Part shown: piece after piece, positions 24,333 to 36,893 of the stretch
Numbering within the stretch: position 1 is the first letter of the stretch
Layout of the letters: the number at the start of each line of letters is the position of its first letter
The notes under the pieces: generated by a model
What the model saw: only the letters and a program-made list of their open reading frames with translations
What the model was told of the DNA's origin: nothing
Database searches by the model: none
Assembly: GCF_006345805.1 (NCBI RefSeq)
Contig: NW_021834907.1
Coordinates: 1-44,426 of the forward strand
Source: Octopus sinensis
Lineage: Eukaryota
DNA: 44,426 nucleotides
Direction of reading: 5' to 3'
Program-made: the position numbers and the translations under genes

Positions 24333-24500
24333 ATAAAAACGGTAAGACAACAAAAGAAAGAAAGAGACCTCGATATTAAGTAAATAGAGGAATTTATCTG
24401 TAAATGTAATATGTAACAATTATTCGGTAGCAATGATAAAACTTCGAGTTTCGGATGCCGAGGTGGAAATCCACGCCGCCATCTCTTCAGTTATCCGGCC
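24330..24500 (-). mobile_element. Repeat family C-HHR
   Basis: Homologous to 8010-8140; contains the complete HHR at 24435-24495; 3' end abuts (TA)n. Confidence 0.7.
24435..24495 (-). ncRNA. Type I hammerhead ribozyme (family C-HHR)
   Basis: GATAA CTGAAGA GATG..GTGG attt CCAC..CATC C GAAAC TCGAA GTT TTATC; helix I GATAA/TTATC is perfect. Confidence 0.65.
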
Positions 24501-24719
24501 ATCGGAAAAATGCTATGAAAAATGAACGTTATACAAAGGGAAATTACTGTGTGATTGACTGTTATTAAGACAAAAGAGCTATATGAATGACCGCTAAGTA
24601 AGAGGAGGAAGTAAAGTAAGGGGGTAATAACGACAAACACCAACCGCCGCCATAAATAGAACAGCACAACCTAATTGGTACAAACTAGAGACCTGCCTTT
24701 TATAACGGAGAAAGCCTTA

Positions 24720-25152
24720 AGGCAGACGAAATACCTATTTCTTTACTACCCACAAGGGGCTAAATACAGAGAGGACAAACAAGGACAGACAAACGGATTA
24801 AGTCGATTATATCGACCCCAGTGCGTAACTGGTACTTATTTAATCGACTCCGAAAGGATGAAAGGCAAAGTCGACCTCGACGGAATTTAAACTCAGAACG
24901 TAGCAGCAGACGAAATACCCATTTCTTTACTGCCCACAAGGGGCTAAACACAGAGAAGATAAACAAGGACAGACAAACGGATTAAGTCGATTATATCGAT
25001 CCCAGTGCGTAACTAGTACTTATTTAATCGACCCCGAAAGGATAAAAGGCAAAGTCGACCTCGGCGGAATTTGAACTCAGAACGTAGCGACAGACGAAAT
25101 ACTGCTAAGCATTTCGCCCGGCGTGCTAGCGTATCTGGCAGGTCGCCATCTT
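24720..25152 (-). mobile_element. SINE family A with two or more 184-bp modules
   Basis: gtcgacctcg at 24870 and 25054; head at 25100-25150. Confidence 0.9.
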
Positions 25153-25518
25153 CGAGGCACTTACAGACGTGTATTACAACTTTAAGCAAATGCTTACCCG
25201 CCTTTTTTTTTTATAGCAGAATATGGTATAAAAATGTGTTTATTTTTTTTTTTTTACAAAGGCCATTATGTATCACATAACAACACTCACGGTACGTTAT
25301 AGGTACGTTATTACGTATGTAGCACTATAATATATGATATGTCACTCCGTTAACACGTTACCGGATGAGGTGTTGCAGATAATAATATGGCACGGGGAAA
25401 CAGTTACGTTGGTTTTTCTCGTTGATTCGTGAAATTTATGGTCCTTGCTGGGGAGGAAAATACAAGAACATTTTATCATTACTATTATTATTATCCTTAT
25501 CCTCATCATCACCACCAC

Positions 25519-25565
<47 letters not shown>

Positions 25566-25970
25566 CTATTATATAAATGTGCGTACGAGTATGCATTTGT
25601 ATGTATGTATGTATTTGTAAATGTGTGTATTTGTGTGTATTTGTATGTGTGTGTGAGTTAGTGTGTTTGTGTGTGTGTATGTATTGGTGCGTGTGTGTAT
25701 ATGAGTAGATACTGTTTAATATTTTTTGCATTTCAATTTCTTCTTCATTTTTTTCTTCTCGAGTATTCTTTTAAAATAAATATTACTTATATCCTTCTGG
25801 GATCGATAAAATAACCTTGCAGTCAGAAACTGAAGGAGAGTCAAATCAATTGTGCACACTTTAAAAAATTTGAAATATATGATCTTAAGTCAAAACCAAA
25901 AATCAATATTTTCGGAATATGCGACTGCAATGATGATACATAAAATATAGACAATACTGGTTGTGTAAAG

Positions 25971-26480
25971 ATTATTTGCCAACATAACATGGCAGTCCTG
26001 GTTTAGGACGAACGTTGCTGTAATTACGGCAACATTCGTCCTAAACCAGGACTGCCATGTTATGATGGCAAATAATGTTTACTCCAAAGTACTGTTATGA
26101 GATTTACAAATAGTAATTTTCTAATTCATAGATCAGTGTCTAGTTTTCACTTTGAAAACCATATATTTCGAACGGGAATTTGGCAGGGCTACCTCACGCC
26201 GAACAATTATTCTGTGCTGATGAAGGGAAATAACCCGGAAATCGCGATCCACAGATATTGTTTTGAGCTGAGTGGGGGTGCTAGATTCCCTTGTTCGAAA
26301 ATATAAAGACACAGATCGTGTCGTATAGCCAGCTGGAGACGATGCCTCCTGAGGCTAAATTACAGCAACATTCGTCCTAAACTAGGACTGCCATGTTATG
26401 TTGGCAAAAAATCTTTGCTCCAAAGTACTTTTGCTGAATATCTCTCGTTGTGAGATTTACAAATAGTATTTTCTAATACT
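25971..26480 (+). mobile_element. Family E: 336-bp partial tandem with inverted 5' arm (pLTR/retrozyme-like)
   Basis: aattac(g/a)gcaacattcgtcctaaac at 26022 and 26358; fold-back arms 25971-26023 and 26024-26077. Confidence 0.8.
26211..26255 (+). ncRNA. Minimal type I hammerhead ribozyme (family E)
   Basis: TCTGTG CTGATGA A GGG aaataa CCC G GAAAT CGCG ATC CACAGA: 6-bp helix I, palindromic helix III loop, AUC cleavage triplet. Confidence 0.8.
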
Positions 26481-26604
26481 GGTAGTTTAATTAATAAAGA
26501 GAACATTGGTGGTTTAGAATCTGCAGAGTACAGATGTGGTATATAAAGTACTGAAAAGGTAGTAAAACATATATATTTGTACACACACACACACACACAC
26601 ACAC

Positions 26605-26645
<41 letters not shown>

Positions 26646-26978
26646 ACACACACACACACACACTCTCTCACACACACATACACACATAAACATGCGTAAA
26701 AATAATTTAACCCGCGTTAATTACCTAACTATAAAGAGTCAATGCGTTGAGTTATGATGCGACTTCATCTTTTTATATTAGATGAATTCTACCAGGAAGG
26801 CGTTAACTAGCACGACACAGTAAAGGTCTGTCTACAATAACCACCAGAGAATACACAAGAAGTTTGCTTTTGGAGAGCAGCTTTGGTCGTATTGGTCGTA
26901 TTGAATCGATGTAGAATATTTGATAAGGGTTGACAGTCATATTTCAGTTGATGTTCGCTGATTTCCGTCTCGTGGGTA

Positions 26979-27257
26979 TCAAAGGAACACCACTGGGCGA
27001 AACCGTTTCGAATCACATCTTGGTTCTGTCAAATGTGTCTTCTTTAAACCATTGAATCTTGAGTCTCGAGTAACTACTGCAGAAACTGGACGTAATGAGG
27101 GCATTTCGATTGAATACGAATGCAAGAAGGTCGTTTCCACGGAGACGGGCGACGTCGCTATGACCTTGATTTCCTCCATGGAAGTCGAGAAGGTCAAATT
27201 TTTGGTATTGGAAAATAAAGTATTGAAAACGGTAAATATTACCCCGGACAAAACGCA
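26979..27257 (-). CDS. Candidate terminal coding exon, unknown product
   Basis: Acceptor-like ttttctgtttcag, then 92 sense codons to TGA (CVLSGVIFTVFNTLFS..) in unique sequence; no domain recognised. Confidence 0.2.
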   Translation of the reverse strand, partial: CVLSGVIFTVFNTLFSNTKNLTFSTSMEEIKVIATSPVSVETTFLHSYSIEMPSLRPVSAVVTRDSRFNGLKKTHLTEPRCDSKRFRPVVFL

Positions 27258-29012
27258 CTGAAACAGAAAATCCAAATTGATAGCCATCGTCCTGTGGTGG
27301 AAGACCAGATGTTTCCAAAGTGAGTGTTACTATCCTCTTAAGGGCAGTGGAAAGATCGGGGAGTGGAGGCGTTGAAGAAAAGTTGAGTAATAATGGGGTG
27401 GCTAAAAGGGGGCGATGGATGTAGAAACAACAAAATAATGGCTTCATTAGGTTAACTTTTATTTGTGAAATACAGTTGCTTTGAATTTGCCCCAGAAAGT
27501 GATCTATATTTCTGGTGGTAAGATGGTGGGGTGTTAGAAACGTGCCTCGGGTGCTAAGGGGGCTGCAGACCAAAAAATTTTGTGAATCATGGTGCTAAAC
27601 CGACAGACTACGTAAGTTGCTTGTGGTTTGGTTTGATCCAAACTGAGAAGTGGATAGGTACCGTAGAGAGTTAATGAATTGTTTGGTCTGTCGAACACAG
27701 ATATGGACCGTGACGAAGCGGTCCCTCAACATGTCATTCATAGGTGTGAAACGCAAGTATCGTTTCAGTCATATATTATCACCTGATCAGCGAAGGTCAC
27801 ATTCCATCTGGTCAAGCAGTCCATTGCTGACAACAAACCGTGTGTGGACAATTCATTCAAACAAAAGATAGAACAGAAAGAATTCATTCATTGATATTTG
27901 TATGTGAATCTGCATAAATAATGTATACATTAGGGAGAGAATCGACCTGTCCTACTTTCTTTACAACATAAAAACGGGGAGTGGCAAGTAGCCAAGTGTA
28001 TTGGGGATTCATATGGCCATTGTTTCATTTCCGGTTTTACTCCGCCTTGTTCCTGTTGAACCGTCATGTCTCTTTACCATTTACGCACATATAGGGACAC
28101 ACATAAATACATACATACATGTATGCACATACACACATACATACATACATACATACATACATACAAACAACGCACGTACATACATACACACAAACATACA
28201 TATATACACACATACATACACACAAACATATATACACACATACATGAAGGCATGCATACATAAATGCATGCTCACACACATACAGTACATACACATACGA
28301 ACACATACATATATTGACACATATACACATATATACATACAAACACATACATACAAACACATACATATATACACACATATACACACATATATACATACAA
28401 ACACACACACACATGCATAATACATACATACATACATACATACATACATACATACATACATGCATACATACATACATACATACATACGTATATACGTAAA
28501 TGCATACAAACAAATACACATACAAACATACATGAAGTGCTGAATAAGCAAAATTAATCCACAAATATACAAAACCTATTATTAAATTAGTTGTATGCTG
28601 TCAAATTAATGTGACAGTCCCATAAAGGGAATAATACTACTGCTATTTAGCCCTAGGAAGCAGCACCGCTTCCTGTCAGCCTTGACACATTTCCTGTGTC
28701 CTTATGTTTACAAGGAGGATACAAGTACCCACACCCAGCTAAGCTAACATCCAGATCTAATCGACTACCGCACTCCCTCAAAATTTCGGGCCTTGTGCCT
28801 AGAGTAGGTTAGATATGTGAACCGCGATGTGGCAAGGGATCTCTGTAAAAAGTTTATTTAAATAACAGAAAAATGTTGGCCTTCATTGGTATATCTTTTC
28901 CCTGTTACTTGTTACGTAGACTGCGGCCATGCTGGGGCAGCACATGAATATTTTGAATCGATCGTAGTTTTTTTTTTAAGTTTAGTATCTGCGGTGGGCA
29001 CAATTATCTATA

Positions 29013-29065
<53 letters not shown>

Positions 29066-29077
29066 CATGTATATATT

Positions 29078-30017
29078 GGTGTCTGTACACACGTATATAT
29101 ATTTATATATGCATGTATATATACATGTAGATGTAGGTACGTACATATATGTTTTTATATATGCATATATTTTATTTATTACACTGAGCGCCTTCGCGTC
29201 GATTCGATTCGATTCGATTGGTTTCGTTTCGTTTCTTCTTCTTCTCTAAGCTGGTTTTTATATATAATTATGACGCGAAACTCTATAACTCCTTCTTCTC
29301 TCTTTCTTTCACCCTCTTTTGCTTCCTTCCTCTCTATCTCTCTCTCTCACTCTCTCATCTCTCATCTCTCTCACCGCCGGGTCTACGAACTTCCTTTCGC
29401 TGGCGGCCTTATTCAAGTAGACATGTTTCTTCCTGCGCTCGTGAAAAAATTTTTTCCTCGTCTAGGCCCTCTTTATTTGTTTTCCTGTCCTGTTTCTATT
29501 CCTTATTGTACTGTATCTGTTGTAATTCTATTTTTATTTTGTATTTGTTTTTAATTGTATTGTTTTTACGTCTTGTTTTTGTCACATTTGTTTTCCTTGT
29601 TTTTACCCCTCAGCAAAGGAATTTTATTTAATTCTTTCGCAAGAAGGACTAGTTCGACGAGACGTATTCTGTCCTCACCTTCGAAACACGCTGGAGTTGA
29701 ACTAGGGACGGCTGATGAAGGGGATTTTTCCTTGTGTAGTTGTCTTGCACTCTGTTTTTTCGTTGTTAAAGGAATGGTCGGTTCCATGCTGTTTTTACGT
29801 TTTCGTTTCTCGTTGAGTTCTACGTCTATTTGTGGTGTCCTGTACACACGTATATATATTTATATATGCATGTATATATACATGTAGATGTAGGTACGTA
29901 CATATATGTTTGTATGTATGCATATATTTTATTTATTACACTATTGTATGACTGAGCGGCTTCGCGTCAATTCGATTCGGTTCGTTTGGTTTCGTTTGGT
30001 TTCTTCTTCTCTAAGCT

Positions 30018-30022
<5 letters not shown>
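29078..30022. mobile_element. Family G partial tandem (~756-bp period; direct repeats 29078-29257 and 29834-30022)
   Basis: Both repeats run ggtgtc(c)tgtacacacg..ctaagctggttt; both ends abut (TA)n. Confidence 0.75.
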
Positions 30023-30055
<33 letters not shown>

Positions 30056-30056
<1 letters not shown>

Positions 30057-30383
30057 TTGTTTCAGTCATTTGACTGCGGCCATGCTGGAGCACCGCCTTT
30101 AATCGAGCAAATCGACCCCGGGACTTATTCCTTGTAAGCCCAGTACTTATTCTAATGGTCTCTTTTGCCGAACCGCTAAGTGACGGGGACGTAAACACAC
30201 CACCCTCGGTTGTCAAGCAATGCTAGGGGGACAAACATAGACACACAAACACACACACATACATATATATACATATATACGACAGGCTTCTTTTAGTTTC
30301 CGTCTACCAAATCCACTCACAAGGCATTGGGACTGAACCCGGAATCATGTGGTTGGTTAGCAAGCTACTTACCACACAGCCAC

Positions 30384-30385
<2 letters not shown>
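30056..30385 (-). mobile_element. SINE family C (internally deleted)
   Basis: gtttcagtcatttgactgcggccatgctggagc..ttccgtctaccaaatccactcacaagg..cttaccacacagccac. Confidence 0.85.
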
Positions 30386-30459
<74 letters not shown>

Positions 30460-30571
30460 TTTCTGTGGCCCAAGGCTTTAGTAGAGTACACTTGCCCAAA
30501 GCGCCACGCAGTGACACTGAACCCGGAACCAGTCGGTTGGGGAGCAAGATTCTTACCACAGAGACACACCT
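30460..30571 (-). mobile_element. SINE family C head
   Basis: Reverse complement ggcgcaggtgtg..ggttccgggttcagtgtcactgcgtggcgctttgggcaagtgt. Confidence 0.75.
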
Positions 30572-31008
30572 GCGCCTATATATAATTATATTATTTCGAG
30601 TATAGAGATACGTCTTGAATAGCTGTTATTGTGGTAAAGTTGTTTGTGAATTATTGGTTTCATACAAATATAATGGTTTCGTCATGGTTTTTAATGTAAA
30701 AAATATTATGCATAATTGTATTTGTTAGTTTAATTTCCTTGTTTTCAAGCAAGTCTTTTAAAATGGTATGAATAATTAGTTAGGACATTGTTATAATATA
30801 TTCTTTAGATTCATTTGGTGTATAATTATTTAGATAATTAAGTAAATAGTAATTGAGACACAAACAAACACACACACACGCGCGCGCATAAGCAGACATG
30901 ACAGACAGACTGACAGACACACACACATAGAGAAACATGTGTGTGTGTGTATATATGTATATATATACATATATATACATACACACTATAAATGTATATG
31001 AATATATA

Positions 31009-31063
<55 letters not shown>

Positions 31064-31638
31064 ACACATACATATAGATATATACATACATACATGCATA
31101 CATACGTACGTACGTACGTATATCAATCTACGCTGGACTATGGAAAAATCTAAAGTTATTTTACCCAGATTACAAGTTCATGCTCATACCTGTAATTATC
31201 GGGGCCCTGGGATACGTAACACACTGCCTAAATACCAATCTTGAAAAATTAGTCTTCTCAAAACCAGAAAGGAGAAAGCTATTTTGAAGGCTACAGACCC
31301 AATCCATCATTGGAACAGTTATTCTGTAAGACTTCCCAGAAGTGTATCATTTAAATGTCTAATGAGCATGTCTAGATAAGCTACTATATGCATGAGAATA
31401 CGAACATGAACCAAAACATACAAATCTGCACATATACTTACATACATGCATACATACATACATACATACATACATACATACATACGTACATACATACATA
31501 CATACACACAAAAATACACTCCTGTTGACGTTGAAATTCCAATGAAGGAGGCTTGGATCTAGGTTAGAAACCGGCTCTTTCTCTATTGGTAAGAAATCTT
31601 GAAATAAAACTGAACAATGATATACATACATAATACAT

Positions 31639-31703
<65 letters not shown>

Positions 31704-31713
31704 TATATAATAT

Positions 31714-31749
<36 letters not shown>

Positions 31750-31753
<4 letters not shown>

Positions 31754-31885
31754 TAGTTGAATTTTACAGAAAAACAAAAGACGAAGACAGGTTTATGAAC
31801 AACAAGTAGGTGCATTATTTTGATGCTCGGCAAAGTGAGAAAGTTTTTTACATTTCGAGACTATGCTCTTCAACAGAAAGGCATA
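31750..31885 (-). mobile_element. HHR-bearing repeat family B, with motif at 31843-31882
   Basis: GCCTTT CTGTTGA A GAG catagt CTC GAAAT GTA AAAAAC; 3' end abuts (TA)n. Confidence 0.6.
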
Positions 31886-32115
31886 AGAGAAAATAAACAC
31901 AGAGAGAATTATTTTTAATGTGGATTTAGCGGTCAAGCATGACGACTGCTTGAAGAATAAACGGTTTGACACGAGAGGTTGAAAGAAGGGGAGATAATAA
32001 AGTATTGGTGATCCCAAAACATGCTTAACCGTTAAGTTACGGAGACGTAAACACACCAACATCAGTTGTGAAGCGATGAAGGAGGAAGAAACACACACAC
32101 ACATACACACACACA

Positions 32116-32154
<39 letters not shown>

Positions 32155-32469
32155 CATCGATGTGTGTGTGCCTATATCTATCTATCTACCTATCTACACA
32201 CAAACACACTCACAAACAAACACACACACACACATATTTATAAAACATTCCGTTAGGGGGTTGGGGGTTAGGAAGAACATCTAGCCGCAAAAGCGCTACG
32301 AAAAGTGATTGCGGTGCCTAATTCAGTCTCCTGCATACACATCCTCTATCAAACTGTCTAACCCATGCCAGCAGAGAAAAATGGACATTAGAAAATGATA
32401 GTGATGATGATGATGATGATGATGATGACGACGACGATGATGCTGATAATGAGGAAGAGATTGATATAC

Positions 32470-32603
32470 CTAGGCATATATATACGACAGTCTTCTTTCG
32501 GTTTCCATCTACCAACTCCGTTCAAAAGGTTGTGGTCTGCCCGAGGCAATAGTGGAGCACACTTGCCCAAGGTGCCACGCAGTGGAACTGAACGCGAAAC
32601 TGT
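32470..32603 (-). mobile_element. SINE family C fragment
   Basis: tttccatctacc..cacttgcccaaggtgccacgcagtggaactgaac. Confidence 0.7.
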
Positions 32604-32692
32604 CCTTGTATTACGCAGTACCTCGGTTTACGAACAACTCTGATCACGAATAAATGGTGCTTTATCTCCTCTTTCATTTCGTACAGTAGTAC

Positions 32693-33275
32693 AAGGTGGC
32701 AAGCTGGCAGAAGCGTTAGCACACCGGTCCAAATGCGTAGCCATATTTCGTCTCCAGGTACGTTCTGAGTTCAAATTCCGCCGAGGTCGACTTTACCTTT
32801 CATCCTTTCGGAGTCGATAAACTAAGTACCAGTTACGCACTGGGGTCGATGTAATCGACTTAATCTGTTTGTCTGTCCTTGTTTGTCCCTTTTGTGTTTA
32901 GCCCCTTGTGGGTAGTAAAGAAATAGGTATTTCGTATGCTGTTACGTTCTGAGTTCAAATTCCGCTGAGGTCGACTTTGCCTTTCATCCATTCGGGGTCG
33001 ATTAAATAAGTACCAGTTACGCATTGGGGTCGATATAATCGACTTAATACGTTTGTCTGTCCTTGTTTGTCCTCTCTTTGTTTAGCCCCTTGTGGGTGGT
33101 AAAGAAATAGGTATTTCGCCTGTTGTTACGTTCCGAGTTCAAATTCCGTCGAAGTCGTCTTTGCCTTTCATCCATTCGGGCTCGATAAATTAAGTACCAG
33201 TTGCGTACTGTGGTCGATGTAATCGACTGGACCCCTCTCCCAAAATTCCGACCTTGTGCCTAGAATAGAAGAGAA
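32693..33275 (+). mobile_element. SINE family A with three modules, bounded by an 11-bp TSD
   Basis: gtt(c/t)(t/c)gagttcaaattcc at 32762, 32946 and 33130 (period 184); TACAGTAGTAC at 32682-32692 and 33276-33286. Confidence 0.9.
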
Positions 33276-33277
33276 TA

Positions 33278-33498
33278 CAGTAGTACCTCGGTTTACGAAC
33301 ACCTCCGATTACGAATAAACGGAGTCGCAAAGGCAAAATATAAGTTAGTCCTTGAGCATACAATGTTCCTGAAGGTCAGCTATGGTTTTCCTCGGTCACG
33401 AGTGGACAGCCATCATATATATATATATATATATAATATATATTTATAAGTCATGATTTATTCGTAATCAGAGTCGTTTGAAAACCGAGGTACTACTT
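33278..33498. mobile_element. Tigger/pogo-type MITE
   Basis: TIR CAGTAGTACCTCGGTTTACGAAC..GATTACGAATAAA versus tttattcgtaatcag..aaaaccgaggtactact; TA on both sides. An additional TIR-like copy lies near 32614-32652. Confidence 0.75.
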
Positions 33499-33997
33499 TA
33501 TATGTTTATTTGTATATGTGTGAATATATGTATGTGTGTTTGTTGTGTCCGTTTAAATTTAAATGTTTGATATCAATGAATGTGGCCATGGAATGGTGAA
33601 GTGTTTAAACTTGTAATGAGAGAAGAGACCGTAAGAAACATTTATAAGGAACGCTGGCTAATACAGCAACGTGTCGATTTAATTTATTTTAATTTTGTAA
33701 TTTAGGTGAGAGATAACTCAGCTTACTTATAATAGGGTATAATGAAATCTCCTACACACAAGAGACACCCTATAGAAACGCACATACACACACACACACA
33801 CACACATACATATATATGTTTATATATATATACATATACATATATATATATATATTATATATATATATAAGAAAGTTAGAGAGAAGTGACAGACTAAGAG
33901 AGAGACAGATAGATAGTCAAATATCTATGGATATATATATGTGCGTGTATGCATATATATGAATAAAATATATATGAGCGTGTATGTATGAAGAGTA

Positions 33998-34038
<41 letters not shown>

Positions 34039-34156
34039 TTCACAACACTTTACAGCTATCTAGGCTTCTGTTTGTTTCCTTCCAATTCTTCCTTCTTCAT
34101 TCATCTCGACCCAGAGGCCAAAGCTGTTAGATTCAATGAGAACGTGAGAGACCTGC

Positions 34157-34262
<106 letters not shown>

Positions 34263-34329
34263 TATTGATAGATAGATAGATTGATAGATAGATAGATAGA
34301 AAAATAGATAGATAGAGATAGATAGATAG

Positions 34330-34397
<68 letters not shown>

Positions 34398-34400
34398 AAT

Positions 34401-34446
<46 letters not shown>

Positions 34447-35209
34447 TCAGACAGACAGAGACACAGACAGACAGAAACATAGAGACAGACAGAGAAATAA
34501 AGTAATTCATAACTGTTCTAAAATTTTCTCTTTTCCACGCAATCCTTTTGGGCAAACAATGTGATATTGTGATATAAGTGTAATTATATTTGGAGAAGCT
34601 CCGACGTGTCCTTTCCTCACATTAAACATCGATCATACACGCCAAACATCTCCACTAATAAGATCAATGAAGAAAACGCTGCATGCCGACACTCAACCTA
34701 ATGTAGTTGGTATTAAAACAAAAAACATCGATTGGTTTATGTAACTACTCGTTGCTTACAAAGACAGTCTCATCTAGCTTTAAATACTAATTAAACTGGA
34801 AAGATAATTTACATAATTTACACAGAATTGGTTTATCTTAATTGGATAGACGTTATTTAGTGATGTCTGTGGTGTATATTATGTATATTTTAATGATTTG
34901 GTTGTTATTTTTAGCAGAGTGAGTCATCGTGTTGGCAGTCATATGTGATGGCTTATGTATCGAATAATGCGAGGGATGATTTTATATGTGGTTCTGTTTC
35001 TTGACTTGCAAGAAATAGCAGCTAAATACTGGTCTAATCAAACTATGTCATCTTAGAATTTTGATGGAGAAAGCTAAGTTTTACTTATTAAATGTTTCAT
35101 GCCGAATTAAAAACAAAGCTTGGTGGTGGTCATGGTTGAATCTGTATTGTTCATGTATCTGCTAGATTAGGATTAGCTTAACAAAAGCAACTACGACAAC
35201 AGCAAATAA

Positions 35210-35440
35210 CGCTTTCAAATTTTGGCACAACGCCAGTAGGCTTCGAAAAGGGGTTAAATAGATTATATTGACTCCAGTCAATAACGGGTACGCTGCATAA
35301 CTTGTTCGTATCAAACTTGGAAGGATAAAATGTAAAAGTCGACATCGGCGGAATTTGAACTCAGAACGTAAAGACAGACGAAATGCCGTTAAGCATATTC
35401 CCTGGCGCGCTAAACATTCTGCTAGTTCGTCGCCCTTAAC
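35210..35440 (-). mobile_element. Degenerate SINE family A
   Basis: gtcgacatcggcggaatttgaactcagaacgtaaagacagacgaaatgcc. Confidence 0.75.
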
Positions 35441-35646
35441 AACAGCTATAATAAATAAATGATGAATCAGCTCAGCACAGAGCTACTTGACAAATAGGAC
35501 TAGAGTCAATCAATAGACCTCAGTACATAACTGGTACCATACTATGACCTAAGCAAACGTCTATCTTCTTTGGTGTGATATCTATAGGTGAATAGTGGAA
35601 GAATTGGTGAAACAACGTCGCGCAAACTTCTTTCTTGGTGCCTTCA

Positions 35647-35701
<55 letters not shown>

Positions 35702-35808
35702 CAAAATGAGACCGGAATGTGAAAGCACGTAGTTGGATGTATAAAACAAAATAGAATGAAAAGTACAGCATTTTGCATTATATGGTTAAAAAATTATATA
35801 CATATATA

Positions 35809-35850
<42 letters not shown>

Positions 35851-35853
<3 letters not shown>

Positions 35854-36016
35854 CGCAGGAATAGATGTGTGGTAAATAACTTGCTTACCAGCCACATGGT
35901 TCCGGGTTCAAGTCCCACAGCGTGACATCTTGGGCAAGTGTCTTCTATTATGGCCTCGGGCTGACCAAAGCCTTGTGAGTGGATTAGGCAGACGGGAAAC
36001 TGAAAGAACCCCATCG

Positions 36017-36092
<76 letters not shown>

Positions 36093-36893
36093 AGGTCACT
36101 TTCGAGTGCTACTGGTAACATGTAACCCAGTACAACCTGTTGCATGGTCGGGTCGTCGGCGACTAAACCGGCAACCCCACCAAGCTTGCTTGGTGAGGAG
36201 GGTGTTTATTGGACACCCTGCGGGATGAAAAACAAACCCGTCAAAGGGCGGAGGAAATCTTGAGAGTCAACGGCCATCCAGTAAATGTCTTAAGGATGTA
36301 TCATGCGCGGGGACATAGAAATAATCGGATTGAATACCCGATCGCGCGGTTAAACCATTGGGAGTAAAGGACTCTTAGACTTTGTTAGGGCATCCTTCTA
36401 GGAGAAAGCAACTCAGGTAACTGGGATAACTTCGACATAAAACATGCGGCTCAGTGGTTACCGATGATGTTGACTTGTTCTTCTTTTCGGATTATGGCTG
36501 CTCCTGCTTAGTGAGTGGGATTGACTCAGTGCACAGCCTTTCCTCACTATCTTCTTGCACAGGCATTGCACGATAACGACATTGATTAAGTCTTGTGCAA
36601 TGGCCATACACGATAACGAGGGGCAGTCACCATATATATATATATATATATATAATATATATATATTATATTATATATAGTATATATGTTTGTTTGTCTG
36701 TGTTTGTCATCCCCTCCATCGTTTGACAACCGATGTTGGTGTGTTTGCGCCCTCGTATCCTAGCGGTTCGGCAAAAGATGACGATAGAATAAGTAATAAG
36801 TTTACAAAGAATAAGTCCTGGGGTCGAATTGTTCGACTAAAGGCGGAGCTCCTGCATGGCCGCTGTGAAATGACTGAAACAAATAAAAGAATA
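35851..36893 (+). mobile_element. SINE family C split by an insertion (5' half 35851-36022, 3' half 36690-36893)
   Basis: Both halves are in the same orientation and order as in the 22009-22410 copy, and are separated at the internal microsatellite. Confidence 0.7.
36091..36632 (+). mobile_element. Probable RTE-clade LINE 5'-UTR-derived fragment
   Basis: GC-richer non-coding block with gggcatccttctaggagaaagcaactc, resembling the RTE 5'-UTR motif ggcaaccagtctaggagaaggaaaactc (recalled, not searched). Confidence 0.4.

Noticed and set aside
29676-29725. Type II hammerhead in family G (also 37709-37756)
   Set aside because: The core halves are present but helix I cannot pair in either locus; kept only as an unresolved structured-RNA candidate.
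32750-33230. CRISPR-like regularly spaced repeats
   Set aside because: These are whole 184-bp tandem units with no unique spacers, in a eukaryotic context with no cas genes.
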